From: Octopus sinensis
Lineage: Eukaryota
Assembly (NCBI RefSeq): GCF_006345805.1
Contig: NW_021834168.1
Location: 1-51,949, forward strand
Length of the DNA: 51,949 bases
Reading direction: 5' to 3'
Shown: piece by piece, positions 47,490 to 51,949 of the stretch
Layout of the letters: each line of letters begins with the position of its first letter
Position numbering within the stretch: position 1 is the first letter of the stretch
Notes under the pieces: model-generated
Seen by the model: only the letters and a program-made list of their open reading frames with translations
What the model was told of the DNA's origin: nothing
The model's database searches: none
Program-made: the position numbers and the translations under genes

Positions 47490-47885
47490 TCGTTTGTCCT
47501 TAAGGTATTTTCGCGCCCGACAGCACAAAATGCGTCTGAATCAACATTGCCGGACAGCAAATAGACTCGGACATTGGTTAGAAAATTTTTTTTTATTTTT
47601 AACCTCGTATATAGTACGCACTTGGGATTTTTTATATATTGTAAGCTGGAATAAACTACTGCTACTTCTACGACGAGTATCCATCATGACGATGTTTGAA
47701 ATGATGTCGAAATCACGTGTTCTGGTGCTCTCCGAGTTCTGAGTTTAAATTCCACTAAAGTAGTCTTTGTCTTTATATCCTTTCGGGTTCGATAAAATAA
47801 GTACCATTTGAGTACTAAGTTTGATGTATTTGACTTAGCCCATGCCTCGAAATTTCTGGTCTTGTGCTACAACTTTTAATCAATA
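47490..47885 (+). repeat. Mosaic of a MITE-internal piece, an inverted-repeat spacer piece and a diverged SINE B
   Basis: 47490-47630 resembles 42910-43060; 47630-47735 resembles 44690-44796; SINE B-like sequence follows from about 47735. Confidence 0.85.
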
Positions 47886-47909
47886 TTAATAATGGAACCT
47901 ACATAAAGT

Positions 47910-48100
47910 GGACGAGCTGACAGAATCGTTAGCACGTCGGACAATTGCTTAGCAGCATTTCGTTCGTGCTTAACGTTCTGAGTTCAAATTTCACTGAGGT
48001 TGACATTGATTTTCATCCTTTCGGTGTCGATAAAATAAATACCAGCTGAGTACTGGGTTCAATCTAGTCGAACCACTGACCTCGTGCCAAAATTTAGAGT
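47910..48100 (+). mobile_element. Diverged SINE family B
   Basis: gagctgacagaatcgttagcacgtcggac...gttctgagttcaaatttcactgagg. Confidence 0.75.
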
Positions 48101-48225
48101 CAATACGATCCCAAACCGTCATAAAAATGTAAACTGTACAATACTGCACATGTAAACTCACAAATTACATATTTGTATAGCAATTAGTATAAATATATAT
48201 ATAAACTGATGTATAACTTAACATT

Positions 48226-48415
48226 TATGAGAGGGTGCTGAAAAGATCTTGGCTTTAAGGATGTCGAGAAAGACCTGGTTGGAGGCTCAATATTCCGAGT
48301 GCTTTCACAGGGCTTAGAGAAACTTAAGGACCGCTGTGTGAATCTGAGAGGGGAATATGCTGGGTAAAATCATAATCAACTGATCCCCCTTTATTTTCTT
48401 TTATCCAAAGCTTCG
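48226..48415 (+). mobile_element. Mariner-like MITE relic
   Basis: TIR-like tatgagagggtgctgaaaagatcttggcttta; inner ...tccaaagc resembles the start of the opposite TIR. Confidence 0.45.
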
Positions 48416-48544
48416 TATATATCATTTATATAAAATTGAACTCATTATCTGACTTCATATAAAAAATTCTTGTATGGGCCTGCACCTGCACCTGTACACA
48501 CACACACACAACACACACACACACACACACACACACCACACACA

Positions 48545-48597
<53 letters not shown>

Positions 48598-48623
48598 GTG
48601 TATATACTCTTACTATTTTAGCC

Positions 48624-48824
48624 TTTTACTTGTGTCAGTCATTTGACTGCGGCCATACTGGAGTACTGCCTTTAGTTGAGCAAATCGACCCCAGGACTTA
48701 TTCTTTGGAACCCCAGTACTTATTCTATTGTTCTCTTTTGCCGAACCGCTAAGTTAAGAGGACGTAAACACACCAGCATCGGTTGTCAATCGATGTTGGG
48801 GGGGGACAAACACTGACACAAAAA

Positions 48825-48908
<84 letters not shown>

Positions 48909-49061
48909 CGACGGGATTCTTTCAGTTTCCGTCTACCAAATCCACTCACAAGGCTTTAGTCGGCCCTAGGCTATAGCAGAAGACACTTGCTAAAGGTGCC
49001 ACGCAATGGGACTGAACCCGGAACCATATGGTTGGTAAGCAAGCTACTTACCAGACAGCCA
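48624..49061 (-). mobile_element. SINE family A, full length
   Basis: Matches the family A consensus across head, microsatellite and tail. Confidence 0.9.
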
Positions 49062-49226
49062 CACACACACACATATTTATATATTGCTTAATTACTATTA
49101 CCCATGAAAGTGGTAAAATGTTTTTCATCAGGTGATTATTTTGAATAAGTCTTTCATTTGGTCATAGTTTTATTTTACTCAGCAGAAGAATGAATACACA
49201 AAGTGGGATACTACTTTCGGCAGTAT

Positions 49227-49586
49227 CTGTGTGGTAAGTAGCTTGCTTACCAACCACATGGTTCCAGGTTCAGTCCCACTGCGTGGTACCTTGGTCGAGT
49301 GTCTTCTACTATAGCCTTTTAAGTGGATTTGGTAGTGTATGTGTTTATATGTTTGTGTGTATATGTTTGTGCGTCTGTGTTTGTTCCCCCACCATCGCTT
49401 GACAACCGATGCTGGTGTGTTTACATCCCCGTCACTTAGCGGTTCGGCAAAAAGACACCGATAGAATAAGTACTAGGCTTACGAAAAAATTAAGTCCTGG
49501 GGTCGATTTATTCGACTTAAAGGCGGTGCTCCAGCATGGCCGCAATCAAATGACTGAAACAAACAAAAGAATAAAAGAATAAAAGC
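49227..49586 (+). mobile_element. SINE family A with (AAAAGAAT)n tail, head-to-head with the previous copy
   Basis: ctgtgtggtaagtagcttgcttaccaaccacatggttccaggttcagtccc...gactgaaacaaacaaaagaataaaagaataaaag. Confidence 0.9.
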
Positions 49587-50452
49587 ATAGTGATAAACAA
49601 AACACAAGTATAATTAAAATACAGAAGCAAAAGAAACAAACCCTTGTTTCTGTATTTTGTTTTTTTTTTGTGGATATATTCGACTTTCGTCCGTCACTAT
49701 ATCGATGGGTGTAGTTTTGTAGACAAATTGCTGAAAATAACACTTTGGTTTACGTATTCATTTTGCACGGAGTAAAATGATAGCATGATCTAATGAAAAC
49801 CTTATAAAAAAAATGATCAAGAAACGCATTTTATATCTATGATGGATGATAGTAATTACGGAGTATGTTAATTTTATCATCTCACCAATGCACTGCGAGT
49901 GAAACGATGTGTGGAAACAGTTGAAACTGATTTGATATATAGAATGTCGATCAATCGATTTTCTCGCATTCGTTTCTTTATATAAGCTCTACGGATATTA
50001 TGGAATTCATGACAGGAGTATCCTCACTGTATTATGACATCCGGTTGCCAATAAGTGTGAACGAGTTTTCTATAGAGCACTACGGTTTCTACGCAAATTT
50101 TATTCAATTGCAAACACATACACACACAAATATGTATGTATATAGTATGTATGTATGTATGTATATATGAATGGTATTTGAAAATGTGTGCGTGCGTGCG
50201 ATTACGTTTATGTTATACTATATATATATAGATATATATATATATATATATCATAATATATATTATATATATAAATGTACGCATACATATTTGCGAATGG
50301 CGTGTGTGTATATTTTTAAAAGCACACAGATGGGATATAGATATAGTTATATACGGTCACTTATATATATATATATATATATATGAGAGAACAAGATGTA
50401 CGTGCAAGTATATGTGTATATATATATGTATAAGTCTATATATATATGTGAA

Positions 50453-50491
<39 letters not shown>

Positions 50492-50757
50492 TATATATAG
50501 ATATATAGATAGATAGATAGATATACACAATATTTATATGCATGTACATATATACACTGTACACACTCTCATATGTCTATCTGGACATGTTATAGCACAG
50601 TATATGTATAACGAGTATGATTTAAGCACTGTCTCCCTCTGTCTGTCTTTCTCTCCCTCTCTCCCTCTCTCTCACACACACACACACATGCATACATGTA
50701 CATCACACAACCACACACACATACACACACACAAGCACACACATTCACACGCACACT

Positions 50758-50806
<49 letters not shown>

Positions 50807-51261
50807 CACAAATACATGCTAATATAAATATACACAATGCTTAACTTTCAAGTCACTTCCATCCTATTTCATTTCGTATAAAATTTGTGCACTTATTATT
50901 TTTTTTTCATTCATATCTATTTCTGTTTTATTCTCTATTACTGTATTTATTTTATCGACTGTTCTTTCTTTTTTTTTGTATATATTTATTGACAATCGAC
51001 AAAGAATTTTCTATGGCATATGTCAGGCTATTAAATTCTCAAGTATTTCATTGAAAAGCGGACGTTTACATTGGCATTCAAGAAACGTTGAGGGTTTTGT
51101 GTAAAATCTACATTATGAAAACCCGTAGGCAGTTGTTTGCGAAAGAAACCGTGATTCACAATCATATTGCTAAACTGTTTGCAATGGCTGGCAGTTACTA
51201 ACTGCCTGTCTGTATCTCTGCGTGTCTGTCTGTCCGTCTCACTCATTCTTCCTTCTTTCTT

Positions 51262-51363
51262 TATGTATGTATGTATGTATGTATGTATGTATGTATGTAT
51301 GTATGTATTATGTATGTATGCATGTATTATGTATGTATTATGTATGTATTTATGTATATATGC

Positions 51364-51449
<86 letters not shown>

Positions 51450-51450
51450 T
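51262..51450. repeat. (TATG)n-(TATC)n compound repeat
   Basis: Directly visible. Confidence 0.95.
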
Positions 51451-51780
51451 TCCCCATCTATCTTTATCTATCTATCTATCTATTTCCCCATCTATCTTTA
51501 TCTATCTATATATTTGTCTCTCTGTCTGTCTATCTGTTCCCGTATTGGTGCAAGCATTTTGAAGGTTGCTTTTGATGACAGTCTAACTTTACATAATACT
51601 TACTGCTACTAGGTGGTAGCGTGAGTTAGTGTCTTTTACCATAATATCTGGTAAACCCATAACTCGTGACTGAAATTCAATTAGTGAAACCAGTTTGAAA
51701 ATTCCGTTGGATAGAATGTACCCGGTATTCAAAGTAACAGTTTTTAACATTTACAGTCATGTTGGTTTTTTTCTGGGACA

Positions 51781-51949
51781 TATTGGGTTGGCCAAAAAAC
51801 TCTGTTCGATGTTTTAAGTGAAAATAAGAGATAAATTTTAGACACAAAGCCATTTCTTCAACCAATGGTATAATTACCGATTCGTTCTGGTATCTTCTGC
51901 CATCTTATGGCCAAATCTATTATTCTCTGTTCAAAAGTTTCCTGTCTTT
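51781..51949 (-). mobile_element. Mariner 3' end relic, running off the window
   Basis: Mariner-type TIR tattgggttggccaaaaaa. The minus strand resembles a transposase C-terminus (aagatggcagaagatacc...aatcggtaattatacc, like RWQKI.E.NG.YI). Confidence 0.5.

Overview
This is a repeat-dense, AT-rich eukaryotic window in which I can support no host protein-coding gene. The SINE families and the extreme (TA)n/(CA)n/(TATG)n microsatellite load look like an octopus (coleoid cephalopod) genome. That is recognition from memory, not a database result. The only long coding sequence is a 5'-truncated CR1-group LINE (19957-23139, minus strand). Its APE endonuclease and RT motifs are intact, split by one frameshift, and both ends sit in (TA)n. 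The rest consists of three tRNA-derived SINE families, Tc1/mariner relics (DD41D, DD37D, DD34D-like), MITEs, a probable non-autonomous Helitron, two different restriction-like-endonuclease (RLE) LINE fragments, and many inverted repeats and palindromes. The most interesting leads are: (1) an R4/Dong-like RLE retroelement whose ends abut (CATA)n; (2) the near-intact CR1-like LINE inside (TA)n; (3) an 879-bp palindromic element made of two right ends of a DD41D transposon; (4) an 82-bp spacerless palindrome; (5) an identical SINE-SINE junction recurring at separate loci. Most ORFs in the supplied track are microsatellite translations. Boundaries of diverged repeats are approximate, and all alignments and identities were done by eye.
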